64,000 bases of DNA from an uncultured Gemmatimonadaceae bacterium (GCA_963781585.1 CAWAGQ010000006.1:32001-96000); one strand, 5' to 3'; positions 37,294 through 47,612 are shown, counted from the stretch's first letter. Made by a program: numbers and translations. The notes: generated by a model from the sequence alone, not told the origin.

Positions 37294-38724
37294 TCCTCAT
37301 CCTTCTCATTCTGCTGCCGGCCGCGGCGGCGGTCGCCGCGTACCGGATTCGCAGCCTCGCGCGCAGCGCGATCCTGTTGTTCAGCGTCTGCGGCCTCCAC
37401 GCGCTCCTCGTCGTGGCCCTCTGGCTGCGTCCCGATGACAGCGCGCTGAACAGTTGGCTCGCCGCCGATCCCCTGGGGCGGATCGTGATTTCCGTGGTGA
37501 GCCTGCTCTTCCTGGCCGTCGCGCACTACTCGATCGGGTTCCTGCGCCGCGCCGTCGCCCCGGGCGGGCGCGCGTTCGCGAGCTGCATGCTCAGCTTCCT
37601 GGCAGCGTGCTCACTTGTCGCGCTGAGCCATCACCTGGCTCTTCTCTGGATCGGACTCGAGGCGACGACGCTGGCGGTCGCGCCGCTGATCTTCGACCGT
37701 CACGACCGCCGCTCGCTGGAGGCGGTGTGGAAGTACCTCGTGCTCTCCTCAGTGGGCATCGCGTTTGCCCTCCTCGGTGTGTTTCTGCTGGCCACTGCGC
37801 AGCCGTCGGGCGCGGCCGCCGGCCGCCCACTGATTCTCGATGACATGATTGCCCATGCCGGCCTGCTCGACGCCGCGTGGTTGCGGATGGCCTTCGTCTT
37901 CATCGCGATCGGTTTCGGGACCAAGATGGGTCTTGCCCCCATGCACTCGTGGAAGCCCGACACGTACGGCGAGGCGCCGAGCCTGGTGGGCGGCCTGATG
38001 GCCGGCGCGCTCACGACGTGCGCGTTCCTCGGCCTCGCCCGGGTGTGCGCCATCTGCTTCGCCGCCGGGCTCGGCCCGTTCGTACGCCCGGTGCTGATCG
38101 TGTTCGGGCTGGTCTCGCTGCTCATCGCCGCGGCGTTCATTATCGGACAGGGTGATGCCAAGCGCCTGCTCGCCTATTCAAGCGTGGAGCACATGGGACT
38201 CCTCGTGCTCGGGCTCGGACTGGGCGGCGTGGGCACCTATGGCGCATTGCTTCATTCAGTCAACAATGGCCTCGTGAAGGGTCTGGCCTTTCTGGCGGTC
38301 GGCAACGTGGTGCTCGTGACCGGCACGTCCACCGCGAGTGACGTTCGCGGACTCGTGCGAACCTTCCCCGCCACCGGCGCCCTGCTCGTCGTGGCGCTGT
38401 TCGCGCTCACCGGGTCGCCTCCGTTCGGTCTGTTCCTGAGCGAGTTCGCGATTCTCGGTGCCGCGTTCGGCGGTCCGCATCCCTGGATCGGCACGGTGAC
38501 GATCGCGCTTCTGGCCATCAGCTTCGTCGGAATCGCGGGGATGATCCTCGGGATGGTCCTTGGGCAGCCCGATGCCGCGACGCGCCGCGCCGATAACCGG
38601 GGACTGACGCCTCGCGCCCCTCGTGCTCGGGTGTCTGGTGCTCATGCTCGGGGTGTACGTTCCGCCGCCGTTGGCGCACGCCCTTTCACGGGCCGCTACC
38701 GCGTTAGGCGGCCTGGCGCCATGA
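37290..38724 (+). CDS. hyfF: HyfF-like antiporter subunit, +1 frameshift near 38610
   Basis: EATTL, EAVWKY, GFGTKMG, KRLLAYSSVEHMG; the last TM helix LAPLVLGCLVLMLGVYVP is in the next frame and ends at TGA 38722-38724. Confidence 0.8.
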
Positions 38725-40232
38725 GCGACGCAGAGCTTCACCCGATCGGCAACCGGCGCACTGCACGCCTGAGTGACGTCCCAGCGCCGCCCGTGGAGCG
38801 CTTCCGCACAATCGTCGGCGATGCGGTGGCCGACGGCGCACGCATCGTCGCCCTGTTCGGTCTGCCGGAAGATCCGGCACGGCTGCGACTCATCGCCGTG
38901 CTGGCCGACGACGAGCGCAATCAGCTCGGCGCGCTCAGCACGGTGGTCGGCGATCGATACCCCGCGCTCACGCCCGACTGTCCACAGGCGTCGCTCTTCG
39001 AGCGGGAGCTCGCCGAGCAGTGTGGTGTCACGCCCGGCGGACATCCCGCCCTGAAGCCGGTGCGACGACATCCGGCAGACCACGCTCCAGAGTCATGGCC
39101 GGTCGGCGCACACTCTCGTGACGACTACCCTTTCTTCAAGCTGACCGGCGAAGAGGTGCATGAAGTGGCCGTGGGACCGGTACACGCCGGCGTCATCGAG
39201 CCGGGCCACTTCCGCTTCCAGGCGCACGGCGAGCAGGTACTGCACCTGGAGATCGTCCTCGGGTACCAGCACCGTGGAGTGGAGCGGCTCCTCGAGCGGC
39301 TCCCGCGTGAGAAGGCCATCCTGGTGGCCGAGTCGATCGCCGGAGACATGGTCGTCGCACACTCCAGTGCGTGCTGTGGTGCGCTGGAAGCGTTGGCCCG
39401 GAGTCACAAGAGCCCTCGCGCGCAGAGCATCCGGGGCGTCGCGCTGGAACTCGAACGCGTTGCCAATCACCTCGGTGACCTTGGCGCCCTCGCTGGCGAC
39501 GTGGCGTACCAGCCCGCGGCGGCGTATTTCGGGCGTCTCCGCGGCGATTGCCTGAATCTCCTCCTGACCATGTCGGGCAGTCGCTACGGTCGCGGACTCG
39601 TCAGGCCGGGTGGGGCGGCCTTCGATCTGAGCGACGAGCTGGCCGACGAAATCGAAGGACGGGTGCGCCGACTGGAAGCCGAAGTCGAGCCCGTGGCCGA
39701 GCTGTTCTTCAATGCGTCATCGGTGCAGTCGCGTCTGGAAGGAGTCGGCGTAGTGACACCGGACCTCTGCCGCCGGCTGGGCTTCGTGGGTCCGGTGGCG
39801 CGTGCCTGCGACGTACCGCGTGATGCCCGGCACGATCACCCCTATGGAGTCTTTCGGTTCGCGCAGATTCCCGTCGCCGGCGCCTGGGGTGGCGACGTCC
39901 TGTCTCGCGCTCTGGTACGGCGGCTCGAGATTCAGCGGTCGCTCGAATTCGTCCGAGAGCAGGTGGCATCGCTACCACGCGGCGACGTCCGCGTGCCGTG
40001 CGGCCCCCTCCGTCCGGACGAGTTGGCGGTGGCCCTGGAGGAAAGCTGGCGGGGCGAGGTGGTCCACGTCGTGCTCACCGATTCCCACGGTCGCGTGCGG
40101 AGGCACAAGGTGATCGACCCTTCGTTCCACAACTGGAGCGCGCTCGCCCTGGCCATGCCGGGAAACGAAATCTCGGATTTTCCCCTCTGTAACAAGAGCT
40201 TCAACCTCTCGTATGCCGGACACGATCTGTGA
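38721..40232 (+). CDS. hyfG: HyfG/NuoCD-like large subunit lacking NiFe ligands (Ehr large subunit)
   Basis: VGPVHAGVIEPGHFRF, ELERVANHLGD, DPSFHNW, C-terminus DFPLCNKSFNLSYAGHDL; no CxxC motifs. Confidence 0.85.
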   Translation: MSDAELHPIGNRRTARLSDVPAPPVERFRTIVGDAVADGARIVALFGLPEDPARLRLIAVLADDERNQLGALSTVVGDRYPALTPDCPQASLFERELAEQCGVTPGGHPALKPVRRHPADHAPESWPVGAHSRDDYPFFKLTGEEVHEVAVGPVHAGVIEPGHFRFQAHGEQVLHLEIVLGYQHRGVERLLERLPREKAILVAESIAGDMVVAHSSACCGALEALARSHKSPRAQSIRGVALELERVANHLGDLGALAGDVAYQPAAAYFGRLRGDCLNLLLTMSGSRYGRGLVRPGGAAFDLSDELADEIEGRVRRLEAEVEPVAELFFNASSVQSRLEGVGVVTPDLCRRLGFVGPVARACDVPRDARHDHPYGVFRFAQIPVAGAWGGDVLSRALVRRLEIQRSLEFVREQVASLPRGDVRVPCGPLRPDELAVALEESWRGEVVHVVLTDSHGRVRRHKVIDPSFHNWSALALAMPGNEISDFPLCNKSFNLSYAGHDL

Positions 40233-40243
40233 GCGAACGCTGA

Positions 40244-41011
40244 ATGCTTGACGCGCTGCGCCTGCGGTTGGCCCTTGGGAAGCGCACCATCGCGTTTCCG
40301 GATGGCACGCCATCGCTTCCCGCGCGCTACCGGGGTCGTCCCGTGCTCGACTGCAAGGGCTGTGGCGGTCCACCCTGTCCCGCGGGCGGCGACGTCGTCC
40401 CGTCGGAGCTAGTTCGAGATGACGGCAGCGGACGCGCGATGCTCGACCTCGGGGCTTGCCTCTTCTCGCCCGAGGAGGCCATCGGAACCGAAACATGCGG
40501 AATCCGGTTCACAGGCGACTATCGCATGGCCACGCGCACCCGCGATGGCCTCGTCACACCCGATGGCGAAGTGGCGCTGGCGTCATCTCTCGGTTGGCGA
40601 ATGAAGTCGCTGCTCGGCCGATCGCTCCGTCTGCGCTCCGTCGTGGCGGGAAGCTGCAACGGGTGCGAGGGAGAACTGACGGCGCTCGGGAACGCGGTGT
40701 TCGACATGGCGCGTTTCGGCGTGCAATTCGTGGCCTCGCCCCGCCACGCCGACGGTATCGTGATTACCGGAGCCGTGAACATCAATATGCGTGAAGCGCT
40801 GGAGCGAACCTACGAGGCAGTGCCGGATCCGCGCCTGGTCATCGCCGTCGGCGCCTGCGCGGCTAGCGGAGGCCCATTCCGGGAGAGTCCGGAGGTGGCG
40901 GGCGGCGTTCCGGAGACCATCCCGGTCGACCTGTGGATACCGGGGTGCCCACCCCATCCGCTCACCATTCTGGATGGACTGCTGCGCCTCCTCGGGCGGA
41001 TGGGGTCGTGA
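40244..41011 (+). CDS. hyfI: HyfI/NuoB-like Fe-S small subunit with degenerate ferredoxin-like N-terminus
   Basis: AGSCNGCE, SPRHADG, GACA, IPGCPPHP. Confidence 0.88.
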   Translation: MLDALRLRLALGKRTIAFPDGTPSLPARYRGRPVLDCKGCGGPPCPAGGDVVPSELVRDDGSGRAMLDLGACLFSPEEAIGTETCGIRFTGDYRMATRTRDGLVTPDGEVALASSLGWRMKSLLGRSLRLRSVVAGSCNGCEGELTALGNAVFDMARFGVQFVASPRHADGIVITGAVNINMREALERTYEAVPDPRLVIAVGACAASGGPFRESPEVAGGVPETIPVDLWIPGCPPHPLTILDGLLRLLGRMGS

Positions 41012-41100
41012 GCGGGCGGCGGCTGTCGGCAGGCGCGGCCGTTGGCATGAATAGGCGATACGTTGATGGCTCATAGCTGCGAGGCTGATACCTGACCGCT

Positions 41101-41394
41101 TCAGCATTTCCCGACCTCGTCCATCAAGGCCCGGAGATGCCGCTTCCAGACGTGGATGGCAAAGCGCCGGAAATTGGCCAGGCTCGCCGGCTCGTCCGCC
41201 AGGAAACGCGCCACGCGCCTCCGCCCCTTCCTTAGATTGCAGGCTCTACAGGCCGTCACTAAGTTGCCACCCGATCGGTCGCCACCGCGGGAGCGCGGCT
41301 GAACATGGTCAACCGACAGCTCCTCGGGCGGCAGGACCCGGCCACAATACACGCACCGGTATTCGTCGCGCGCGAAGATCTCGTCTCGTGTCAT
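41101..41394 (-). CDS. HNH endonuclease (McrA-like)
   Basis: RDEYRCVYCG...DHVQPRSRGG...NLVTACRACNLRKG. Confidence 0.9.
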   Translation of the reverse strand: MTRDEIFARDEYRCVYCGRVLPPEELSVDHVQPRSRGGDRSGGNLVTACRACNLRKGRRRVARFLADEPASLANFRRFAIHVWKRHLRALMDEVGKC

Positions 41395-41530
41395 GGAGAA
41401 TCCGTTGAGTTCGCGCCGTCTGATGATGGGGGCCGCCAAGCGCTACCTTCTCGATGCCCTCGACAAGGATCGCCGCGCGGCCGACGACGAACCGCCCCGC
41501 CTCACCGCTCGCGCCATAGAGAGAACTCGC

Positions 41531-41713
41531 ATGCCACGGACACGGGAAAAGATTCTCGGTAATCTGGATGAGATGTATCGCGAAGCCTTCGAGCGCGCCA
41601 AGACGTCGGGCGACGACTCCCAGATGGCCAGCCTCGATTTCGCCTATCGGCGCGAGCAGCTGTATTTCGAGATTCTGCTCGACATTCGCGACGCGATGGA
41701 GCGGCGCTCGTAG
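41531..41713 (+). CDS. Small helical hypothetical protein
   Basis: MPRTREKILGNLDEMYREAF...EILLDIRD; GC-typical codons; start may lie upstream. Confidence 0.55.
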   Translation: MPRTREKILGNLDEMYREAFERAKTSGDDSQMASLDFAYRREQLYFEILLDIRDAMERRS

Positions 41714-41803
41714 CGGTCCGCACGTACCGCGCGCCCGCGGCCGGGTGGAATTGAGCCGCGGGTCCTCCATCGTCAGGCGCGTTCCGCCTCCTTCCCCCCG
41801 CAC

Positions 41804-43483
41804 ATGCGCTGCCGCGCGGCCTTCGCCGCTCTCGCCCTCAGTGCCTGGAACCCCGCCGTGAGTGCGGCCCAATCTCCCCACATCACCCTGGCCGTGGTGA
41901 ACGCCCGGGTCTGGACCGGCGATGCGCGCCGGCCGTGGGCCGACGCCGTCGCCATCGCCGGTGACCGGATCGCCGCCGTGGGCTCCTCGGCCGAGATCCG
42001 GAAGCTCGCCGGTGAGGCGCGAACGATCGATGCCGGCGGGCAGTTCGTGGTACCGGGGTTCATCGATTCTCACGTGCACTTCCTCGAGGGCGGATTCCGG
42101 CTCTCGTCGGTACAGCTGCGTGACGCCGGTACGCCCGCGGAGTTCGTTCAACGCATCCGGGAATTCGCTGCCACGGTTCCGAAGGGCGCGTGGATCACCG
42201 GCGGCGACTGGGATCATCAGCGTTGGGGCGGGGAGCTTCCCGAGCGCTCGTGGATCGACTCGGTGACCCCCGACAATCCGGTCTGGGTGAATCGTCTCGA
42301 TGGCCACATGGCGCTGGCCAATTCGGCTGCGCTGCGCGCCGCCGCGGTCACGCGCGCCACCGCCGACATCGCGGGGGGCACGATTGTGCGCGATGCGACC
42401 GGCGAGCCCACCGGCATTCTCAAGGACAACGCGCAGAACCTGGTTGAGCGCGTCGTGCCCGCGCCTCCCGCGTTACTCGAGGATCGCGCCCTCGATGCGG
42501 CGATGGCCTACGTGGCGGCGCAGGGGGTGACCTCGGTGCACCACATGGGCACCTGGCATGACCTGGCGGTGTTCGAGCGGGCGCATGCGGCCGGCCGGTT
42601 GCGCACGCGGATCTACGCGGCGGTGCCGCTCGCGACCTGGGCGCGCCTGCGCGACACGGTCGCCGCCCGCGGCCGCGGCGATGAGTGGCTGCGGATCGGC
42701 GCGCTGAAAGGCTTCGTCGATGGGTCGTTAGGCTCGCACACCGCGGCCATGTTCGACCCGTTCACCGATGCGCCCACCGATCGCGGACTGTTCGTGAATA
42801 CGCCCGACGACCTCTATCGGTGGACATCCGGCGCCGACAAGGCCGGGCTCCACGTCATCGTCCACGCCATCGGGGACCGCGCCATCGCCACCCAGCTCGA
42901 CATCTACCAGCGGGTCGAGCAGGAAGACGGTCCGCGCGACCGGCGCTTCCGTATCGAGCACGCGCAGCACATCGCCCCAAGAGATTTTCCGCGCTTCGCG
43001 GCGCTGGGCGTGGTGGCGAGCATGCAACCCTACCACGCCATCGACGACGGACGCTGGGCCGAAAAGGTGATCGGTCCCGAGCGGGCGAAGGGGACATACG
43101 CGTTTCGCACCCTGCTCGATCGCGGCGCCACACTTGCGTTCGGCAGCGACTGGTTCGTGGCGCCGCCAACCCCGCTGGACGGCATCTACGCTGCCGTCAC
43201 CCGCCGCACCCTCGACGACGCGCACCCCGATGGTTGGATTCCCGAACAGAAGATCACGGTCGAGGAGGCGCTCCGCGCGTACACGGCTGGAGGTGCCTTC
43301 GCGTCCTTCGAGGAAGCCGAGAAGGGAGTCCTGGCGCCCGGCAAGCTCGCCGATCTGGTGATGATCGACCACGACCTCACGCGCATTCCAGCGGTGGAGA
43401 TTCGAAGCGCGCATGTGGTCATGACGGTGGTGGGCGGCAGGATTGTCTACCAGCGGCCGAAGGAGTCTCGCGAGTCGAATTGA
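41804..43483 (+). CDS. Amidohydrolase 3 family (YtcJ-like)
   Basis: PGFIDSHVH, HAIGD, RIEHAQ, FGSDW, GKLADLV. Confidence 0.93.
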   Translation: MRCRAAFAALALSAWNPAVSAAQSPHITLAVVNARVWTGDARRPWADAVAIAGDRIAAVGSSAEIRKLAGEARTIDAGGQFVVPGFIDSHVHFLEGGFRLSSVQLRDAGTPAEFVQRIREFAATVPKGAWITGGDWDHQRWGGELPERSWIDSVTPDNPVWVNRLDGHMALANSAALRAAAVTRATADIAGGTIVRDATGEPTGILKDNAQNLVERVVPAPPALLEDRALDAAMAYVAAQGVTSVHHMGTWHDLAVFERAHAAGRLRTRIYAAVPLATWARLRDTVAARGRGDEWLRIGALKGFVDGSLGSHTAAMFDPFTDAPTDRGLFVNTPDDLYRWTSGADKAGLHVIVHAIGDRAIATQLDIYQRVEQEDGPRDRRFRIEHAQHIAPRDFPRFAALGVVASMQPYHAIDDGRWAEKVIGPERAKGTYAFRTLLDRGATLAFGSDWFVAPPTPLDGIYAAVTRRTLDDAHPDGWIPEQKITVEEALRAYTAGGAFASFEEAEKGVLAPGKLADLVMIDHDLTRIPAVEIRSAHVVMTVVGGRIVYQRPKESRESN

Positions 43484-43523
43484 CACGACGCGCACCTGGC
43501 CGTTGAATACGCGGGCGGAGACC

Positions 43524-43551
43524 GTCCCGACCTCCGACCTCCGACCTCTGG
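43524..43551 (+). repeat. Heptamer tandem repeat
   Basis: GTCCCGA CCTCCGA CCTCCGA CCTCTGG just before the sdhC ATG. Confidence 0.7.
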
Positions 43552-43555
43552 CCTG

Positions 43556-44362
43556 ATGTCCTCACGATCTCTTCCCGTACTCGAGCGCCGCGGCTATGGC
43601 GAGACTCTCCGCCGAGACGCCTGGTGGGTCCCGAATATCCCGCCCCAGATCATCCTCACCGCGTTCCTCATCTACGCCACCTGGGCTGCGTTCCAGAACG
43701 CGGACTACACCTTCGGACCTTACCTCTCCCCCTTTTATTCGCCCGAGCTGTTCGGGAGCTCTCCGCATGCGTGGTTCGGGCCCCGACCGGACGGTTGGCC
43801 CGTGTGGCTCCCGTTTTCTCCGGCGCTGATCATCCTTCCCGTTCCTGCCCTCTTCCGCTTCAGCTGCTACTACTACCGCGGCAGCTACTACAAGGCGTTC
43901 TGGCAGGATCCACCCGCGTGCGCCGTGGGCGAGCCACGCAAACACTACCGCGGTGAGCGGACCTTCCCCCTCGTGCTGCAGAATTTCCATCGATACGGCC
44001 TGCTCCTCTCCGCGATCTTCCTCGTCATCCTGACCTTCGACGCGGCCCACGCTTTCTGGTTCACCGACCCGGTTACCGGTGCCGCGCACTTCGGTATCGG
44101 ACTCGGCTCCATCATCATGGCGGTGAACGTCATCCTGCTTGCCGGATACACGTTCGGCTGCCACGCCACGCGCCACATCGTCGGTGGCATTGTCGATGAG
44201 GTCTCGCTGTCGCGGCCGCGGTGGCTGCTCTACGCCATCTCCAGCGTGTTCAATCGTGCGCACATGAAGTGGGCCTGGGTGAGCTTGTTCTCGGTGGCGC
44301 TGACCGATCTTTACATCCGTCTCTGCGCCATGGGCGTCCTGAGCGACTTGAGACTGCTCTGA
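43556..44362 (+). CDS. sdhC: Succinate dehydrogenase membrane anchor, Sdh1 (Rv0249c-like) type
   Basis: YLSPFYSP, FRFSCYYYR, PPACAVGE, NFHRY, GCHATRH, HMKWAW. Confidence 0.8.
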   Translation: MSSRSLPVLERRGYGETLRRDAWWVPNIPPQIILTAFLIYATWAAFQNADYTFGPYLSPFYSPELFGSSPHAWFGPRPDGWPVWLPFSPALIILPVPALFRFSCYYYRGSYYKAFWQDPPACAVGEPRKHYRGERTFPLVLQNFHRYGLLLSAIFLVILTFDAAHAFWFTDPVTGAAHFGIGLGSIIMAVNVILLAGYTFGCHATRHIVGGIVDEVSLSRPRWLLYAISSVFNRAHMKWAWVSLFSVALTDLYIRLCAMGVLSDLRLL

Positions 44363-46173
44363 TGCCCGATTTCGAGTCGGTCGAACACGATGTGCTGGTG
44401 ATCGGCGCCGGGGGAGCGGGATTGCGCGCCGCCATCGCCGCGGCCTCGCACGGTGCGCGGGTCGGGCTGGTGTCGAAATCCCTGCTGGGCAAGGCCCACA
44501 CGGTCATGGCCGAGGGCGGAGCGGCGGCCGCGCTCGCCAACGTCGACGATCGCGACAGCTGGCGCGTGCACTTCGCCGACACCATGCGCGGCGGGCAGTA
44601 CGTCAACAACTGGCGCATGGCCGAGCTCCACGCCAGGGAAGCACCCGACCGCGTGCGCGAGCTCGAGGCGTGGGGTGCCCTGTTCGATCGCACCCCCGAC
44701 GGCCGCATTCTCCAGCGGAACTTCGGCGGCCACAAGTATCCGCGGCTGGCGCACGTCGGTGACCGGACAGGTCTGGAGATGATCCGCACGCTGCAGGATC
44801 ACGGCATCCATCAGGGCATCGACGTGCACATGGAGTGCACCATCGTGTCGCTCCTGAAGGACGGCGATCGGGTGGCCGGCGCGTTCGGGTATGAGCGCGA
44901 GCGCGGCCGGTTTCGCCTTTTTCGTGCGGCCGCTGTGGTGCTCGCTACCGGCGGCATCGGCCGGGCGTACCGGATCACCAGCAACAGCTGGGAGTACACC
45001 GGTGACGGTCACGCCCTCGCCTATCACGCCGGCGCCGACCTGAAGGACATGGAATTCGTGCAGTTCCATCCCACCGGGATGATCTGGCCGCCGAGCGTGC
45101 GCGGCATCCTCGTGACCGAGGCGGTGCGCGGCGAGGGCGGCGTGCTGCGCAACAGCCAGGGCCGGCGATTCATGTTCGACGACGTGCCCGAACTGTATCG
45201 CGCGCAGACCGCCGACAACGAAGAGGAGGGGTGGCGCTACACGCAGGGCGATCGCGCCGCCCGCCGTCCGCCGGAGCTGCTCACGCGCGACCACGTGGCC
45301 CGGTGCATCCTGCGCGAGGTCCGGGAAGGGCGGGGGAGTCCGCACGGCGGTGTGTTTCTCGATATCGCCTGGATCCGGAACAGGCTGCCTAACGCCGCCG
45401 AGCACATCCGGAAGAAGCTGCCCAGCATGTACCACCAGTTCAAGCAGCTGGCCGACATCGACATCACCACCACGCCGATGGAGATCGGACCCACCACGCA
45501 CTACGTGATGGGCGGCGTGAGCGTCGACGGCGATACCCAGATGTCCACCGTGCCGGGCCTGTTCGCCTGCGGCGAATGCGCCGCCGGCCTCCACGGCGCC
45601 AACCGACTGGGCGGCAACTCGCTCTCCGATCTCCTGGTCTTCGGCAAGCGCGCCGGCGACCACGCAGCGGAATTCGCGAGTGAGCACGGAACCACCAGGG
45701 TCGACCCGCGAGTGGCGGAACAGGTCGCCACGGCATCCCTCGCTCCGTTCGAGCGCACCGGCGGCGAATCGCCATTCGCCATCCAGCACGATCTGCAGGG
45801 CATGATGCAGGACCTGGTCGGCATCGTTCGGCGCGAGGAGGAAATGCGCCGCGCCCTCGACGGCATCGCGGAACTGCAGCGCCGAGCCGAGGCCGCCGGC
45901 GTGCCGGGCAACCGGGAGTACAACCCCGGGTGGCACACCGCGCTCGACCTCGCCAACCTGTTCACGGTCTCCGAGGCAATTACCCGCTCCGCCCTGGCGA
46001 GAAAGGAGAGCCGCGGCGGACACTTCCGCGAAGACCACCCCGCGAAGGACCCAAGCTACGCGGTGTTCAATATCATCGTCCGACGGACGCCCGGCGGCGC
46101 CATGGAGCTCGAGCGCGTGCCCATTCCCGCCATGCCTGACGAGTTGAAGAAAGTGATCGACGAGGAGAAGTGA
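44362..46173 (+). CDS. sdhA: Succinate dehydrogenase/fumarate reductase flavoprotein
   Basis: GAGGAG, KAHTVMAEGG, QFHPTG, HYVMGG, HGANRLGGNSL, ESRGGH. Confidence 0.95.
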   Translation: MPDFESVEHDVLVIGAGGAGLRAAIAAASHGARVGLVSKSLLGKAHTVMAEGGAAAALANVDDRDSWRVHFADTMRGGQYVNNWRMAELHAREAPDRVRELEAWGALFDRTPDGRILQRNFGGHKYPRLAHVGDRTGLEMIRTLQDHGIHQGIDVHMECTIVSLLKDGDRVAGAFGYERERGRFRLFRAAAVVLATGGIGRAYRITSNSWEYTGDGHALAYHAGADLKDMEFVQFHPTGMIWPPSVRGILVTEAVRGEGGVLRNSQGRRFMFDDVPELYRAQTADNEEEGWRYTQGDRAARRPPELLTRDHVARCILREVREGRGSPHGGVFLDIAWIRNRLPNAAEHIRKKLPSMYHQFKQLADIDITTTPMEIGPTTHYVMGGVSVDGDTQMSTVPGLFACGECAAGLHGANRLGGNSLSDLLVFGKRAGDHAAEFASEHGTTRVDPRVAEQVATASLAPFERTGGESPFAIQHDLQGMMQDLVGIVRREEEMRRALDGIAELQRRAEAAGVPGNREYNPGWHTALDLANLFTVSEAITRSALARKESRGGHFREDHPAKDPSYAVFNIIVRRTPGGAMELERVPIPAMPDELKKVIDEEK

Positions 46174-46943
46174 TGTCCACGACCACGTTTCGTATCTGGC
46201 GCGGCACCGACGGGGAAGGCGCCTTCGCGGACTACCCCACCGAAATCACCGAGGGGATGGTCGTGCTCGATGCCGTGCATCAGATCCAGGCTGAACAGGC
46301 GAACGACCTCGCGGTGCGGTGGAATTGCAAGGCCGGGAAGTGCGGCTCGTGCTCCGCCGAGATCAACGGCATGCCGAAACTGATGTGCATGACGCGGATG
46401 AGCGGACTTCCCGCCGACGAGCCCGTCACCATCGAGCCGATGCGCGCCTTTCCGCACGTCAAGGATCTGGTGACCGACGTGTCGTGGAACTACAAGGTGA
46501 AGAAACGCATCCGCAAGTTCGCCCCCAGGCCCCCCGACGCTCCCGACGGTACCTGGCGGATGTTCCAGAAGGACGTCGATCGGGTGCAGGAATTCCGCAA
46601 GTGCATCGAATGCTTCCTCTGCCAGGACGTCTGCCACGTCCTCCGCGATCACCACCAGCACGACGACTTCATCGGACCGCGACACTTTGTCTACTCGGCG
46701 GCCCTCGAGATGCACCCGCTGGATACGGAGGACCGCATCGGCGACCTCAAAGGCGAACAGGCCATCGGCTACTGCAACATCACGAAGTGCTGTACGCGAG
46801 TGTGTCCCGAGAACATTACTATCACCGACAACGCGATCATTCCGCTGAAGGAGCGTGTGGTTGACGAGTTCTATGATCCGGTGGTGAAACTGGTGCGGCT
46901 GATGCGCGGCAAAGGGAGACGCTCAACGGGACCGGGCGGGTGA
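46173..46943 (+). CDS. sdhB: Succinate dehydrogenase Fe-S subunit
   Basis: CKAGKCGSC, CIECFLCQDVC, CNITKCCTRVCP. Confidence 0.95.
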   Translation: MSTTTFRIWRGTDGEGAFADYPTEITEGMVVLDAVHQIQAEQANDLAVRWNCKAGKCGSCSAEINGMPKLMCMTRMSGLPADEPVTIEPMRAFPHVKDLVTDVSWNYKVKKRIRKFAPRPPDAPDGTWRMFQKDVDRVQEFRKCIECFLCQDVCHVLRDHHQHDDFIGPRHFVYSAALEMHPLDTEDRIGDLKGEQAIGYCNITKCCTRVCPENITITDNAIIPLKERVVDEFYDPVVKLVRLMRGKGRRSTGPGG

Positions 46944-46984
46944 AGAATGCAGGAAAAGACTTATCGCCGGAGCCCGGACCTGCG

Positions 46985-47019
46985 ACTCTCACCTCTGACC
47001 TCTGACCTCTGACCTCTGG
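46985..47019 (+). repeat. Heptamer tandem repeat
   Basis: ACTCTCA (CCTCTGA)x3 CCTCTGG. Confidence 0.8.
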
Positions 47020-47053
47020 CTGTATTGTCTGACCTTCGGCCTATGATCAGCCT

Positions 47054-47554
47054 ATGAGCTATCTCAAACCCATCACCCTCGCCGGCGTCCCTGCCGCGCT
47101 GCAGAAGGCCAACCGCTACCGTCTGCTGAACGACTCCTCAGCCGCGGAGAGCATCTGCCTCGACATCCTCGGGGTGGATCCGAAGAACACCGAGGCACTG
47201 GTGACCCTCATACTCGCCATTACCGATCAGTTCGATCACGGGCACGCAGACCAGCAACGCCGCGCGCGCGACACCGCCGAGCAATTGAGCGATCCGTACG
47301 CCAAGGCGTACTACAGCGGGCTCGTCTGCGAACGGTGGGCGAAGGCTGTTCTTCGGCGCGCCGTCCCGGGCGCCGGCGAACTGGCATACGGGTGGATCGA
47401 GAAAGCCATGGCGCTGTACGCAGAAGCGGAGAAGATCCGGCCCGTTGGCGACGACGACGCCATTCTTCGCTGGAACAGCTGCGTGCGCCTCATCCAGTCG
47501 GACGCGCGGTTGCAGCCGCACGAGGCGCAATCATACGAGCCGAGTTTCGAATAG
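47054..47554 (+). CDS. Conserved TPR-like helical protein
   Basis: KANRYRLLN...AESICLDIL...DAILRWNSC. Confidence 0.75.
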   Translation: MSYLKPITLAGVPAALQKANRYRLLNDSSAAESICLDILGVDPKNTEALVTLILAITDQFDHGHADQQRRARDTAEQLSDPYAKAYYSGLVCERWAKAVLRRAVPGAGELAYGWIEKAMALYAEAEKIRPVGDDDAILRWNSCVRLIQSDARLQPHEAQSYEPSFE

Positions 47555-47573
47555 CGTCAGCGCGGGAAGCGAA

Positions 47574-47612
47574 AATGAAGACGCCGGCGTCCACCACGCC
47601 GGCGTCTTCATT
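47574..47612. terminator. Probable bidirectional terminator
   Basis: Perfect 17-bp inverted repeat AATGAAGACGCCGGCGT-CCACC-ACGCCGGCGTCTTCATT between convergent ORFs. Confidence 0.8.

Noticed and set aside
37290..40232. 980-aa HyfF-HyfG fusion in the ORF track
   Set aside because: Explained by one extra base near 38610; the normal HyfF end and the HyfG start are both present
38721..40232. Group 4 [NiFe] hydrogenase
   Set aside because: Both CxxC Ni-binding motifs are missing and no maturation genes are present
41101..41394. HNH gene as sign of a prophage or mobile intron
   Set aside because: Stand-alone McrA-like HNH among housekeeping genes; no phage or intron features nearby
44311..46038. 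Long antisense ORFs (also 15259..16641, 28311..29690, 58522..60075 and others)
   Set aside because: Shadows of well-supported genes in GC-rich DNA; no recognisable motifs
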